Positions 45,949 to 55,759 are shown, numbered from the stretch's first letter. The stretch: DNA of 64,000 bases from Tepidisphaeraceae bacterium (GCA_965198865.1 CBDAQA010000032.1:37571-101570); one strand, 5' to 3'. The notes: generated by a model from the letters alone, not told the origin. Numbers and translations: made by a program.

Positions 45949-48427
45949 GGCCTTCGTCCTCTTCCTGTAGTCGCCTGACCTGGGCCGCCCAATCGCCGAG
46001 CCCCACCTCGTCCAGGTAGGCCGCGGCGAACCGCCGCCGGCCGTGAACGGCCAGCACCCGCGTGATCCTCGCCTGGTCGGCCGGCGAGCCGGCGGCACAA
46101 AACGCCAGGGCCAGCTCGCCTAGACCCAGCTCGAACAGCCGGTTCCCGTCCCGCCCCTGGTAGTAGTAGTCCCGCTTGGGCGCGGCCTGCTGGAGCAGCT
46201 GCACCTGACGGGCATTCAGCCCGAACGACTCGTACACCCGCCGGGCCCGCTCCTCACCGGCGCTGGCGTTGGGCAGGAAGATCCGCGTCGGGCAGTTCTC
46301 GATCACCGCCGGCGCGATCGGCGAGTCGGCGATGTCGGACAAACTTTGCGTCGCGAACACGACGGCCACGTTCCGCTTGCGAAGGACCTTGAGCCACTCG
46401 CGGATCTTGGCCGCGAACTGCCCCTCGCCCAGGTACAGCCAGGCCTCGTCCAAGACCAGCAGCGTGGGGCTGCCGTCGAACCGCCGCTCCAGCCGGCGGA
46501 ACAGGTACGTCAGTGTCGCCAGCAGGGCCGAGCGGCCGCCCTGCATCAGGTGCTCCATCTCGAACGCCTGCCACCGCGCGGCCGGCTTGCCATCCGAACC
46601 ACCACCATCGGCCAGCGTGTCGTGGTCGGCATCCAGCAGCCGCCCGTGGGGGCCGGCCAGCGTGTACGCCCGCAATGCCTGTCGGACGGCCGCGTCCTGC
46701 ACGAGGTTGACCAGCGTGCTGATCGTCCGCTGGCGGACCGGCATGGAAGCCAGGTTGGCCAGGGCGGCCCACACCTCGGCCCGCACGGCCGGCGTCACCT
46801 CGACCCGCTCCCGGACCAGCACGTCGGCCAGCCACTCCTGCGCCCAGGCCAGCTCGGCCGGGCCGTCGCCGACGTCGGCGAGCGGCTGGAAGCAGACCTC
46901 ATTGCCGTCGCCGCCCAGGGCGAAGAAGTCGCCGCCCACGGCCAGCGTCATCGCCCGGCAGCTGGCTCCCTTGTCGAAGACGAACACCTGCGCGCCCGGG
47001 TACCGGAGCCACTGGCAGGCCAGCAGGTTCAGCAGCGTGCTCTTGCCCGCCCCGGTCGGCCCCGCGATAACCGTGTGCCCCACGTCCCCCTGGTGAAGGG
47101 ATAGGCGGAACGGGGTCGACCCGTGCGTCCGCGTGACCAGCAGCGGCGGGCCGCCCAGGTGCTCGCACCGGGCCGGCCCCGGCCAGACGGAGCTGAGCGG
47201 GATCAGGTCGCACACGTTCAGGCTGGAGAGCAGCGGTCGCCGCACGTCGGCGTAGGCGTGCCCGGGCAGGCTCACCAGCCACGCCTGGACGGCGTTGAAC
47301 GTCTCGATCTCCGAGACCAGCCCGACCCCGTCCACCGCCTGCTGGACGGCACGGGCCTTCTCGACCGCGGCCTGTTCGTCACTGTCCCACACGGTGATCG
47401 TCAGCGTGAACTGCCCGAAGCTGCAGTGGTCGCCGCCCAGCTCCTGCAGGGCGTCGTCCACGTCCTGGGCCTTGTTCAGGCTGTCGGAGTCGGTCAGGCT
47501 GCTCTCCTGCTTGGTGACCGCCTCCTTGAGCAGCGTCGCCATGCCCTTGCGCTTGGCGAACCACTGGCGGCGGAGCTTGCCCAGGTGGCGGGTGGCGTCG
47601 GCCTTGTCCATCGGCAGCCACCGGCCGACCCACCGGTACTCCAGGGCCAGCCCGTTCAGCCGGTCCAGCAGGCACGGGAGCGTGCGGTCGACGTAGGCCC
47701 GGACCGAGACCGTCTTGAGGTACTGCTCGCCCAGCCGGGGCGAGAGGCCGCCGGTCAACGGCCGGTCGGTCAGCATCTCGTCCAGGTAGAACGGGGTGGG
47801 CGGGACCGCTACGGACAGGGGCCGGTCGGACACACAGGCGTGCAGGTAGGTGAGCGTCTGGGCGTCATCCAGGGCATGGACCTCCGGCATGAACGTGGCC
47901 AGCAGGCTGGCCACGGAGTCCGTCTGGGCCAGGAACTGCTCGAAGTGGACGCGGTAAGCCGCCCCGAGGTCGCCGCCGCCCCCGGTGCTGCCGGTCCGCG
48001 GCCGCTCGATCAGCAGGTCGCCCAATCGGGCGGCCGTCTCTGGCGGGGGCAGGAACGTGAGCGTCAGGTAGCAGCGGCTCTCGAAGTGCTGTCCCTCGCC
48101 GTCGAACGCCGCCCGGCGTTCCTGCTCGACCAAGGTCGCCACCGGGCACGGGAAGTCGCTGGCCGCGTACGCCGGGGCGGCCCGGCGGCTCGCCTCGGCG
48201 TGGACGCACCAGCCCGACCCCAGCCGCCGCAGGACGTTGTTGGCCCGCGCCCGTGCGGCCAGCAGCTCGTGCGGCGTGCTGCTGTCCAGGTCCGGGCCGC
48301 GGAAGGCCAGCGTCCGCTGGAGGCTGCCGTCCTTGTTCAACACGACCCCCGGTCCGATCAGGGCCGCCCACGGCAGGTGGTCGGCCAGGCGGCGGGGGTG
48401 CTTGCGGTACTCGCCCAAGTTCCACAT
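45872..48427 (-). CDS. trbE: TrbE / VirB4 ATPase
   Basis: LPWAALIGPGVVLNKDGSLQRTLAFRGPDLDS.. and Walker A IAGPTGAGKST. ATG at 48427 preceded by AGGAG. Confidence 0.9.
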   Translation of the reverse strand: MWNLGEYRKHPRRLADHLPWAALIGPGVVLNKDGSLQRTLAFRGPDLDSSTPHELLAARARANNVLRRLGSGWCVHAEASRRAAPAYAASDFPCPVATLVEQERRAAFDGEGQHFESRCYLTLTFLPPPETAARLGDLLIERPRTGSTGGGGDLGAAYRVHFEQFLAQTDSVASLLATFMPEVHALDDAQTLTYLHACVSDRPLSVAVPPTPFYLDEMLTDRPLTGGLSPRLGEQYLKTVSVRAYVDRTLPCLLDRLNGLALEYRWVGRWLPMDKADATRHLGKLRRQWFAKRKGMATLLKEAVTKQESSLTDSDSLNKAQDVDDALQELGGDHCSFGQFTLTITVWDSDEQAAVEKARAVQQAVDGVGLVSEIETFNAVQAWLVSLPGHAYADVRRPLLSSLNVCDLIPLSSVWPGPARCEHLGGPPLLVTRTHGSTPFRLSLHQGDVGHTVIAGPTGAGKSTLLNLLACQWLRYPGAQVFVFDKGASCRAMTLAVGGDFFALGGDGNEVCFQPLADVGDGPAELAWAQEWLADVLVRERVEVTPAVRAEVWAALANLASMPVRQRTISTLVNLVQDAAVRQALRAYTLAGPHGRLLDADHDTLADGGGSDGKPAARWQAFEMEHLMQGGRSALLATLTYLFRRLERRFDGSPTLLVLDEAWLYLGEGQFAAKIREWLKVLRKRNVAVVFATQSLSDIADSPIAPAVIENCPTRIFLPNASAGEERARRVYESFGLNARQVQLLQQAAPKRDYYYQGRDGNRLFELGLGELALAFCAAGSPADQARITRVLAVHGRRRFAAAYLDEVGLGDWAAQVRRLQEEDEGHEQFEFEFWGRDRSSGSRTAMAAGA

Positions 48428-48465
48428 GGGTCTGCTCCTCACGGGGGTTCGAGAACACGGGGTGT

Positions 48466-48741
48466 TCAGGAGGCCAGGTAGGTCGGCTGGCGGAGGTGGC
48501 GGCGGAAGACGTCGAACCAGTCCGGGTCCCGCTTACCCATCAGGACGGCCGCCGCATGCAGGGCCGCCCCGGCCGGGAACCCCAGCCACCAGAGGTGGAG
48601 GCCCAGGCCGACGACCAGGGCGAGAGTCCCGTTGAGGATGGCGAACGCCCGCGGGGCCCCGGCCAGCAGGACCGGCTGGGTCAGGGCCACGTGCAGGGGT
48701 AGCTCGTACCCCTCGATCTGTTCCGGTCGGTCCACGGTCAC
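48466..48741 (-). CDS. trbD: TrbD / VirB3
   Basis: LHVALTQPVLLAGAPRAFAILNG plus a TM segment. 91 aa. Confidence 0.8.
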   Translation of the reverse strand: MTVDRPEQIEGYELPLHVALTQPVLLAGAPRAFAILNGTLALVVGLGLHLWWLGFPAGAALHAAAVLMGKRDPDWFDVFRRHLRQPTYLAS

Positions 48742-48775
48742 TCCACATCAGCGGCAACACTCAGCCGCCTCACGC

Positions 48776-49132
48776 TCACCACCCCGCGCCGCCGTCGAAC
48801 CCGAAGAAGGTGACGCCGAAGCTGGTGGCGGTGACGGCAATCGAGACGCCCAGCAGGAGGCCGAGGACCCGCCGCATGCCGCCGCCCTCGCTGAAGGCGA
48901 AGCCGAACCCGATCAGGACGATGGACAGGATGCACAGGGCCTTGGCGACCGGCCCGGTGAAGCTGGCCAGGACCTGGTTCAGCGGCCCCTCCCACGGCAG
49001 CGCCTGCCCGCCGCCGGCCGCCGCGGCGAACACCGAGGTGGGGGAAACGGCCACCCACGCCAACGCCACAGATACCGCGGGTACCCACGCCCTGAGCGGC
49101 CGCCGCGTCTTGGTCTGATCCTGTCGTTGCAT
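48776..49132 (-). CDS. trbC: TrbC / VirB2 pilin precursor
   Basis: LPWEGPLNQVLASFTGPVAKALCILSIVLIGFGFAFSEGG. ATG at 49132 with AGGAG upstream. Confidence 0.8.
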   Translation of the reverse strand: MQRQDQTKTRRPLRAWVPAVSVALAWVAVSPTSVFAAAAGGGQALPWEGPLNQVLASFTGPVAKALCILSIVLIGFGFAFSEGGGMRRVLGLLLGVSIAVTATSFGVTFFGFDGGAGW

Positions 49133-49262
49133 TGCGAGACTCCTGCTGTCCGGACCGGCTTGACGCGGCACCCGCGACAACACGGTCTGGCTTGATTGAT
49201 TGTCACCGTTTATATCAATGCGCTCGTTGGGGCTGAAAGGCAAGTCAAAAATCTCGTCGGTC

Positions 49263-50873
49263 GCGTTAGCCCGGATTATTCATGGCCGCACCCGCCGAGG
49301 GTGCAGTATCGGCCGCGGAGTCATTCCGAGGCCGATCGGGGCCGGTCCGGCGCGGCGTGGGCAGACCGCCCCCTACCCCCACGGTCGGACCCGGGCTGCG
49401 CGACCTCAGGCGGGCGTGAAGCGGAAGGCGTTCGCCCGTGCCGCGACCGCCCGGTAGGCGTGCCAGTGCGGCCACTGGGCGGCCAGCCGCACGACGACCC
49501 GGCGGGTGGTCGTGACCACCTCGGCGGCCACCTTGAACACCCGCGTCCGCCACGCGTCCGGCCGGGCGACGCGGAGGTCGCCGGGGATCGACGGGTGGTC
49601 CCGCAGGGCGTTGAGCAGGTTGTAGGCGGCCACGTGTTCCGACAGTCTGAACGCGTTGGCCATGAACCGGTGGCAGCTGAGCCGGCCGGCCGAGAGGCCG
49701 TTCTTCAGCTCGTCCATCCGGTGCTCGCTCTCGCCCCGGAGGCAGTAGTCGTCGTACACGCGCTGGCCGTCGGCGGCCGTGGCCACGCCGGGCAGGTTGG
49801 TGACCACGAACCGCAGGTTGGTCCCGCCGGCGTGGCACTCGGCCTTGGCCACGACGGTCCGCGCGGCGTCCCAGCTGTCGGCCTGGTACTGGAAGCACTC
49901 GAACAGCCGGGCCTTCTCCCCCGTCCGCCCGTGCTCCTCGACGGCCCGGGCCATCAGGCCCTCGGTCATTCGCTTCAGGCGGGCGTTGGACGAGAAGCCG
50001 AACGTGTACGTCAGCCCGTTGCCCTCGCACGCGGCGTACATCAGCGGCAGGCCGAACCCGGCGTCCCCGCGGGCGTGGACGGCCACGCCGGGGCGGGCCA
50101 GCCGCAGGGCCCCGACGACCGCCATCAGGTCGCCGTCAGCCCCGAGCGAGGCGTGGGCCGTGCCGTGGCGGAGCGAGGCGACGAACACGTGCTTGGTCGT
50201 CGGCTCGCTGACGATCAGCGGGTAGTACTGGTACTGGCCGTAGTAGGCGTGGAACAGCGACAGCTGCTGCTGGCCGTGGGTGGGATCGTCGGTGGCGTCG
50301 AGGTCGAGGGTGACCGACTCCGGCACGGTTCCGCCGTGGTGCTCGCGCAGCCCCTCGACGCCCGTGGCGACGTGGAACGCGGCCAGCCGCAGCAGGTCGG
50401 CGGGCAACACGTCGTTCTCGAACCGCGAGAGCGTCGGCTGGCTGGCCAGGGCCGGCCCGTCCGGCCCGCGGTCGTCGGCCACGAACTTGAACACCGGGTC
50501 CCGCCGCAGGTCGTCGTGGTCGTTGCAGTCGGCGTGCCCGGCGACGATGCCGAACACCCGCTGCCGCAGCATCGACGCCAGCGGCTGGCGGCGGTCCGGC
50601 CGGGCGTCGGTCAGGCAGTCGGCCATCCGCTCGGTGTACCGCCAGGTCGCGTCGAACTGCCGGACCGGCAGCAGCCCCGCGTCGGACGTGATCTGCCCGG
50701 GGTGCCGCTGGACGAGCACCGGCGTCGGCGGGTAGAAACCGAGCTCCACCTGATCCGCAGTCTGCGCCACCATCAACGGCCTCCCGTGTCGGTTGAACTA
50801 CTCGTCGCAAAAGCAGTTGAACCACGCGGGGGCCGCTGGCGCAAGCCTACGGCTGAATAATGCGGGTTAGTGC
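49263..50873 (-). mobile_element. IS1380-family insertion sequence
   Basis: Terminal IRs GCGTTAGCCCGGATTATTCA (49263-49282) versus the reverse complement of TGAATAATGCGGGTTAGTGC (50854-50873), 16/20 matching. No clear target-site duplication. Confidence 0.7.
49406..50776 (-). CDS. IS1380-family DDE transposase
   Basis: GQITSDAGLLPVRQFD..LRQRVFGIVAGHADCNDHDDLR.DP.FK. 456 aa, the typical length and N-terminal signature. Confidence 0.8.
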   Translation of the reverse strand: MMVAQTADQVELGFYPPTPVLVQRHPGQITSDAGLLPVRQFDATWRYTERMADCLTDARPDRRQPLASMLRQRVFGIVAGHADCNDHDDLRRDPVFKFVADDRGPDGPALASQPTLSRFENDVLPADLLRLAAFHVATGVEGLREHHGGTVPESVTLDLDATDDPTHGQQQLSLFHAYYGQYQYYPLIVSEPTTKHVFVASLRHGTAHASLGADGDLMAVVGALRLARPGVAVHARGDAGFGLPLMYAACEGNGLTYTFGFSSNARLKRMTEGLMARAVEEHGRTGEKARLFECFQYQADSWDAARTVVAKAECHAGGTNLRFVVTNLPGVATAADGQRVYDDYCLRGESEHRMDELKNGLSAGRLSCHRFMANAFRLSEHVAAYNLLNALRDHPSIPGDLRVARPDAWRTRVFKVAAEVVTTTRRVVVRLAAQWPHWHAYRAVAARANAFRFTPA

Positions 50874-51047
50874 CATCGCCGGTGACTCGGCGCAGCGGTT
50901 GCCTGGCCAGTGGAAGGTCCCAAGCAACGAACGTTGCCGAAGCGGCGGTGCATCAACGGAGAGGCCCGTCCCGGCGGTGTTAACCTCCGGGGCGGGCCGT
51001 TATTGCCTAGCGGATCTGATAGAGATCCTTCGCTCGAGTGGCGGTCG

Positions 51048-52196
51048 TTACGTCGCCCCACATGCCTCGGCCGGCTCCGGCAGGCACCGCGTATCGGCCT
51101 CGCTCAGCGGCAGGCCCAGCTGCTGCTTCAGGTAGGCCTTGGTGGCCGCCCGGGCCTGGCGGTTGCTGATGACCGACCCGGCCACCACGCACACGTCCTC
51201 CCAGTCCTTGTTGCTCTTCTTCCAGTCGATTGACCCGAACTCCGCCACCTTGGCCCGCCACCCGGCCGGGTGCTCCCGCATCAGCTCGGCCCCGATCCCG
51301 CCGATCGCACGCAGGATCGTCGCGTGGCTGCTCAGGCTCGACTGCCGCAGCTCCATCGCCTTCAGGTCGCCGAGCTTCACCTTGCCCCAGGCCGGCATCG
51401 CCTTGGTCACCTCCTTCCAGAAGTCGACCGCTATCGCGACCAGCTCGTGGTGCGTCGCCTCTTCGGTAGCCCGGTCCCGCAGCAGTTCCTGGTTGGCGTC
51501 GTACAGCGCCGCCAGGCTGAACAGGTGCCGGCTGCGGAGCGGCAGGCTGACCGCGTCCTTATCGACCTGGTCCTTAAACACCGGCACCTTCTCGCACACC
51601 TCCAGCGTGACCGTGCTCATCGGGTCCCGCTTGTCGAACAGGATATCCAATGACTTGCTCGTCTTGGCCACGTACCGGTTCAGGTCGGAGAACATCTGCT
51701 GCACCCGCCCCCGGCTCTCGTAGGGAAACAGCAGCACGCTGATGCTCTCCTCGGCCAGGGCCGGGTTCAGCTTCACCGCCTGGGCGATGGCGGCGCACCG
51801 GTGCTGGCCGTCGTTGATGACGAAGCTGGCCGTGTCCAGGTCCATGTCCAGCGTGCCGATCGCGCCGCCGTCCCCGCCGTTGGCCGCCGGGTCGATGGGC
51901 CGGAACGTCACGTCGGACTTGTACGAGGCCGTGATCGACGCAAACAGGTACCCGTCCTCGTTGTCGGTCATGTACTTGGCGATCTGCGGCACCCGCTTGT
52001 GCGTCAGCACCCGCTGCTCCCGGTCCTCCGGCGTGAACTCCGCCCAGTCCCGGAACGTGAACAGCCGGCTGATCACGCCCAACTTCATCAGGCAGCTGTA
52101 GTACGTCCGCTGTCCCATCTCGCCACGCATTGCAGGAAATTCCAGCTTCATAAAGCACTGCTTTCCGGGGACGCTCAGGACCCCCTTGGATCGCAT
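51048..52196 (-). CDS. DndB-like DGQHR-domain protein
   Basis: FPAMRGEMGQRTYYSCLMKL, FVINDGQHRCAAI (DGQHR) and QMFSDLNRY. GGGAG RBS before the ATG at 52196. Confidence 0.8.
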   Translation of the reverse strand: MRSKGVLSVPGKQCFMKLEFPAMRGEMGQRTYYSCLMKLGVISRLFTFRDWAEFTPEDREQRVLTHKRVPQIAKYMTDNEDGYLFASITASYKSDVTFRPIDPAANGGDGGAIGTLDMDLDTASFVINDGQHRCAAIAQAVKLNPALAEESISVLLFPYESRGRVQQMFSDLNRYVAKTSKSLDILFDKRDPMSTVTLEVCEKVPVFKDQVDKDAVSLPLRSRHLFSLAALYDANQELLRDRATEEATHHELVAIAVDFWKEVTKAMPAWGKVKLGDLKAMELRQSSLSSHATILRAIGGIGAELMREHPAGWRAKVAEFGSIDWKKSNKDWEDVCVVAGSVISNRQARAATKAYLKQQLGLPLSEADTRCLPEPAEACGAT

Positions 52197-52356
52197 GTGG
52201 CTCCCGCCCCGATCAGGACAGACGGAACCGTTCTCAGCCCATCGGACGAGTCCACCGCGATTGGTTTACGTCGGTTTAAACCGGCCAGGCCGCCGTCGCG
52301 ACCGGGCCGGCGGTGCCGCCGTGGCGTCCCACCTCACGCCACCGGCTGCCGAGGTT

Positions 52357-52536
52357 TCACCGGTGCCGGGTCAGCCGACAGAACTCGCCCCAGCTCAGCC
52401 GCAGGGTGAACCGCCCGTAACAGGGCGTCCACAACACCGCATCTTCAGCCATCTTTTGCAGAAAACCCCGCACGCTGCCGTCGATAATCACGGCGAAGCG
52501 CCCGTTCGCGGTCGCCGTCAGTTGAACGTCGTCCAT
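52357..52536 (-). CDS. Hypothetical 59-aa protein
   Basis: ORF only. Internal ATG chosen. No domain recognised. Confidence 0.25.
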   Translation of the reverse strand: MDDVQLTATANGRFAVIIDGSVRGFLQKMAEDAVLWTPCYGRFTLRLSWGEFCRLTRHR

Positions 52537-52768
52537 GGCCCACTCCTTGACCGGTGCGAGTCGGCCCGCCACGGCCTGCTCGGAGCGACACCCGCTCACC
52601 TGCCGGACCGGACGGTTAACTCAACGACGCGGAGTATACCGAGATGGTTTAAGAACACAAGCCATATTTTCGGTGGAAGGCGGCGCGGTGATACTATAAA
52701 TGCAGGCCGCCGACGGCAAGGGCCGTCGGCGGAACAGGTTATCGGCGTAACTGCTGTAGTTGGAGACG

Positions 52769-52987
52769 CTACGGCTTGACGTCATCCCCGTGGGCTTCAA
52801 CGAACTCGGCCAGCTCGGTCCACCCGACCCGTTTGCCATACGTCTTGTCGCGCGGCTTCCACACGACCGCTCCCTTGCTCACGTGCAGCTCGCCCAGCTT
52901 CTCTCCGTCCCGCACCACCGCGAACGCCACGTCGGCGTTCGACAGCCGCATCTTCGGGATCCGCACGCTCACTTTGTGCTTGGCCAT
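52769..52987 (-). CDS. Hypothetical 72-aa protein
   Basis: MAKHKVSVRIPKMRLSNADVAFAVVRDGEKLGELHVSKGAVVW... has protein-like composition. Lies 53 nt downstream of the helicase gene. Confidence 0.4.
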   Translation of the reverse strand: MAKHKVSVRIPKMRLSNADVAFAVVRDGEKLGELHVSKGAVVWKPRDKTYGKRVGWTELAEFVEAHGDDVKP

Positions 52988-53040
52988 CAGTTCTGCTCCG
53001 TGGAGGCAAAGTCGTGATCGGGTCGTTACGAATCCGACGA

Positions 53041-54954
53041 TCATCCTGCGACCGGTCCGGCCGTCCAAACCTTGCGGAACCGCTCGTAACCCAGTTCGGG
53101 CCGCTCGCCCTTGAAGTCGTCCTCGCAATCCAGGATGACGCACGTGTCGGTCCCGCCGAAGAGGCTGCCCCGCAGGCCGCGTCCGACGATCTGCTCGTAC
53201 AGCACACGGCTGACGGTCGGCCGGGCCATGACGACATGCGTGATCCGCGGGGCATCGAACCCCGTGGTCAACACCTCGCAGTTGCACAGCACCCGCGTGT
53301 CGCCCTTTTTGAACTCGGCAATGACCTGCCGGCGGGTCACGCTCCGCGTCTTACCACTGACAACGGCCGCCGCGATCCCCTCACTCCGCAGCAGGTACGC
53401 CATCGACTCGGCGTCGCCCACCGTCGGACCGAAGTACAGGATTGTGTTCGCTGGATCGGTACACAACGGCTTGATCTCGGCCAGGATGGCCAGCCGCCGC
53501 TGGGTATTGTCGGCCTTGATGGCCAGCGCCCGATCGATCAGTTCCAGATCTTCCTCAGACCGCTCGCCCTTGGGCAACGTCGGCATCCGCAGCGTCGTCG
53601 ACGTCTTGATCGACTGGAATGTCGGCGTGGCCAGCACTTTCATGGCCTGCAGCTTCTGCCGCGGGTTCGGGCCGAGCGTCTTGATCGGCTCGATCAAATT
53701 CTGAAAGACCTTCTTCAATTCCGCTGCGCCCTCGCCCTGGGCATCGGCCCCGTAGTCTGTCCGGAACGGAGTCGCCGTCAGCCCAGCCACGGCCACCGGC
53801 CGCGCCTTGTCGATTAGGTCGTTGAAGATTCGACGGTACGACGGGGCCGCCGCCCGATGCGCCTCGTCCACCAGCAGCAGGCCTAACGCCCGTCGCAACC
53901 CCTCGACGACATGCGCGCCCTTGTCGATCCGGCCGTCCAACAGGTTGACGATCCGCTGCGGCGTCGAGATCAGCACGCTCGGCCGGCTCAGGCACTCGTC
54001 CAGGACCGCCCGGTGCTCGGCCAGGTCCTGCGTGTACTGGCCCCAGAACCGCACCAGCACCAGCGGGCAGACGTTCTCTGAGCCCTCCCACACCTGACGG
54101 AACGACGCGTACGCCTGCTCGCACAGCTCCTCGGTGTGCGCCAGCCAAAGCACGACCGATTCCGGTGCGCCCCGCGCCGCCGCGTCGTACCGGCCCGTCA
54201 ACCACTCCTTGATGCTCTCCACCGCCACCCGCGTCTTTCCCCCACCCGTGGGCAACGTCACGATCGCCCGGTCACCCGGCCGTCCCAGCGTCGCCACCAG
54301 CGCGTCCTTCACCTCCTTCTGGAACGGCTGCAACGCCCGGATGGCGAACCGCCCCTCCAGGTACTCGTAGTCCGGCTTCGCGTCGTCGGTCGGCAGCCCG
54401 GCCAACTCCGGAGGGAACGCGGCCAACTTCACGAACTCGATCGCCTTCCGCTTGCCCGAGTGCCACTTCGCCGGCGTCTCTACTTTGGCCGCCCGGCCGA
54501 CGGCCATGCGAACGTCCGTCGAAAGGAACAGGTCAACCCCGTGGTTCAACAGCAGGGCAACCGACAGCTCGGTCTTGTTGCTACGGCGGCTCACGCCGGT
54601 CCGGGCCGTCCGCGTCTGACGGACCGTCTCTCGCAAAGGCCCGAGCAGGTCTTCCAACGCCGCGTGGGAGAGCAACGCGATCAAGCGGTCCACCGTCGCC
54701 CGTTCCCACTCGTGGGCCCAGGTGAACGCCGCCGACTCGTCCGCCGGCAGCGTCCCCTTACGCCGCCGCACCGCAAACCCGCCCACCCTCGGCGGCCCCT
54801 TCTCCAGCAGCTTATCCCGGCTCAACACCGCCTTCTGTAGCTCGGCGTAGTCGCCCTCCGATACCGACCACGTCCGGAGCACATCCTGCTTCGACAGCTC
54901 CCCCTGCTCTAAGGTGGTCGCCACGACCTCGTCAACGATGCTCGAATCCGCCAT
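53041..54954 (-). CDS. SF2 DEAH-box helicase (Type III restriction Res-like core) with an unassigned 200-aa N-terminal domain
   Basis: Motif I TLPTGGGKT, motif II LLVDEAHR, motif III GLTATP, and motif VI YEQIVGRGLRG. Confidence 0.85.
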   Translation of the reverse strand: MADSSIVDEVVATTLEQGELSKQDVLRTWSVSEGDYAELQKAVLSRDKLLEKGPPRVGGFAVRRRKGTLPADESAAFTWAHEWERATVDRLIALLSHAALEDLLGPLRETVRQTRTARTGVSRRSNKTELSVALLLNHGVDLFLSTDVRMAVGRAAKVETPAKWHSGKRKAIEFVKLAAFPPELAGLPTDDAKPDYEYLEGRFAIRALQPFQKEVKDALVATLGRPGDRAIVTLPTGGGKTRVAVESIKEWLTGRYDAAARGAPESVVLWLAHTEELCEQAYASFRQVWEGSENVCPLVLVRFWGQYTQDLAEHRAVLDECLSRPSVLISTPQRIVNLLDGRIDKGAHVVEGLRRALGLLLVDEAHRAAAPSYRRIFNDLIDKARPVAVAGLTATPFRTDYGADAQGEGAAELKKVFQNLIEPIKTLGPNPRQKLQAMKVLATPTFQSIKTSTTLRMPTLPKGERSEEDLELIDRALAIKADNTQRRLAILAEIKPLCTDPANTILYFGPTVGDAESMAYLLRSEGIAAAVVSGKTRSVTRRQVIAEFKKGDTRVLCNCEVLTTGFDAPRITHVVMARPTVSRVLYEQIVGRGLRGSLFGGTDTCVILDCEDDFKGERPELGYERFRKVWTAGPVAG

Positions 54955-55031
54955 GTTCTAGATCCCCTTTGTCCGGAGTCGGTCCGGTCGGCTGGCCGGC
55001 AGCTGACCAACTCCCGCCGGCCCTAGCTAAG

Positions 55032-55376
55032 TCACGGTCGTGACGCCGACCGGATGACGCGCCACTGTTGGTTGCCGCTGGGGCGGCCGCCCATGTTCAA
55101 TGACGGCGGCCTGTCACCGCTGGCCCGCTCGACCGTGTCGGCCAGGTCGTCTCTGATCCGGGTACTGAACCACGCGCTGAACAGCCGGAAGGCGTCCTGC
55201 TTCCCCTCAAACGTCAGTAGGTCCCTAGCGAACTCCATCGGCCGGTTACGCAACACCCACTGCTCGACCTCATGCGTGTCGAACGTGTCCTTGCTCAACC
55301 CGACCACTGCCTCGCGCAATATTTGCGTCGTGATGTGCGGAACCACAGTGCCTCCAGTTTCGTCGGAAAGGTACAC
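55032..55376 (-). CDS. Hypothetical 114-aa protein
   Basis: ORF with balanced composition. No domain recognised. Confidence 0.4.
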   Translation of the reverse strand: MYLSDETGGTVVPHITTQILREAVVGLSKDTFDTHEVEQWVLRNRPMEFARDLLTFEGKQDAFRLFSAWFSTRIRDDLADTVERASGDRPPSLNMGGRPSGNQQWRVIRSASRP

Positions 55377-55441
55377 GAATGGCCTCGGGAATATTGGTCG
55401 GTCACTTGCCGGACCGGGCGTGTGTGGCGGAGCGGGGCTCG

Positions 55442-55759
55442 CTACACGCTGGGCGGCGCGTCATCCGGTATCCCCGCGTCCGGCCGGCGTAGCCGCCCCT
55501 CGTTGACCGTGATGCGCCCCTTGTGTGTGTACACGCACAGGTTGGCCGCGGCCCGCCGGCCGGCCGTTGTGCTGCGCTTGTACGTGTTCAGCTTGCCCAG
55601 CAGTTGCCCGAGGCTGAAGTGCAGCTTCAGCGCCTCCTCAAACGTCAGATGAACATTCAGCGTCTTGGGCGAGTCGGCCGTCACCGGCGGGCTGATATGC
55701 GCGATGCTAACACTCCCGAAAGACTGCTTCGTCTTGATCTCCGCCATAATCATCTCCAT
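55442..55759 (-). CDS. Hypothetical 105-aa protein
   Basis: MEMIMAEIKTKQSFGSVSIAHISPP..LTFEEALKLHFSLGQLLGKL. Only the C-terminal part of track ORF 55442-56296 is used. Confidence 0.4.
   Translation of the reverse strand: MEMIMAEIKTKQSFGSVSIAHISPPVTADSPKTLNVHLTFEEALKLHFSLGQLLGKLNTYKRSTTAGRRAAANLCVYTHKGRITVNEGRLRRPDAGIPDDAPPSV

Noticed and set aside
47123-48481. 452-aa + strand ORF over trbE, 554-aa + strand ORF (49196-50860) over the IS1380 transposase, and 440-aa minus ORF (4084-5406) over the IS481 transposase
   Set aside because: Antisense shadows of well-supported genes.
51048-52196. Calling a dnd (phosphorothioation) or dpd (7-deazaguanine) locus from the DGQHR gene
   Set aside because: No DndA/C/D/E, SspABCD, TGT-like DpdA or preQ0-pathway genes exist anywhere in the window.
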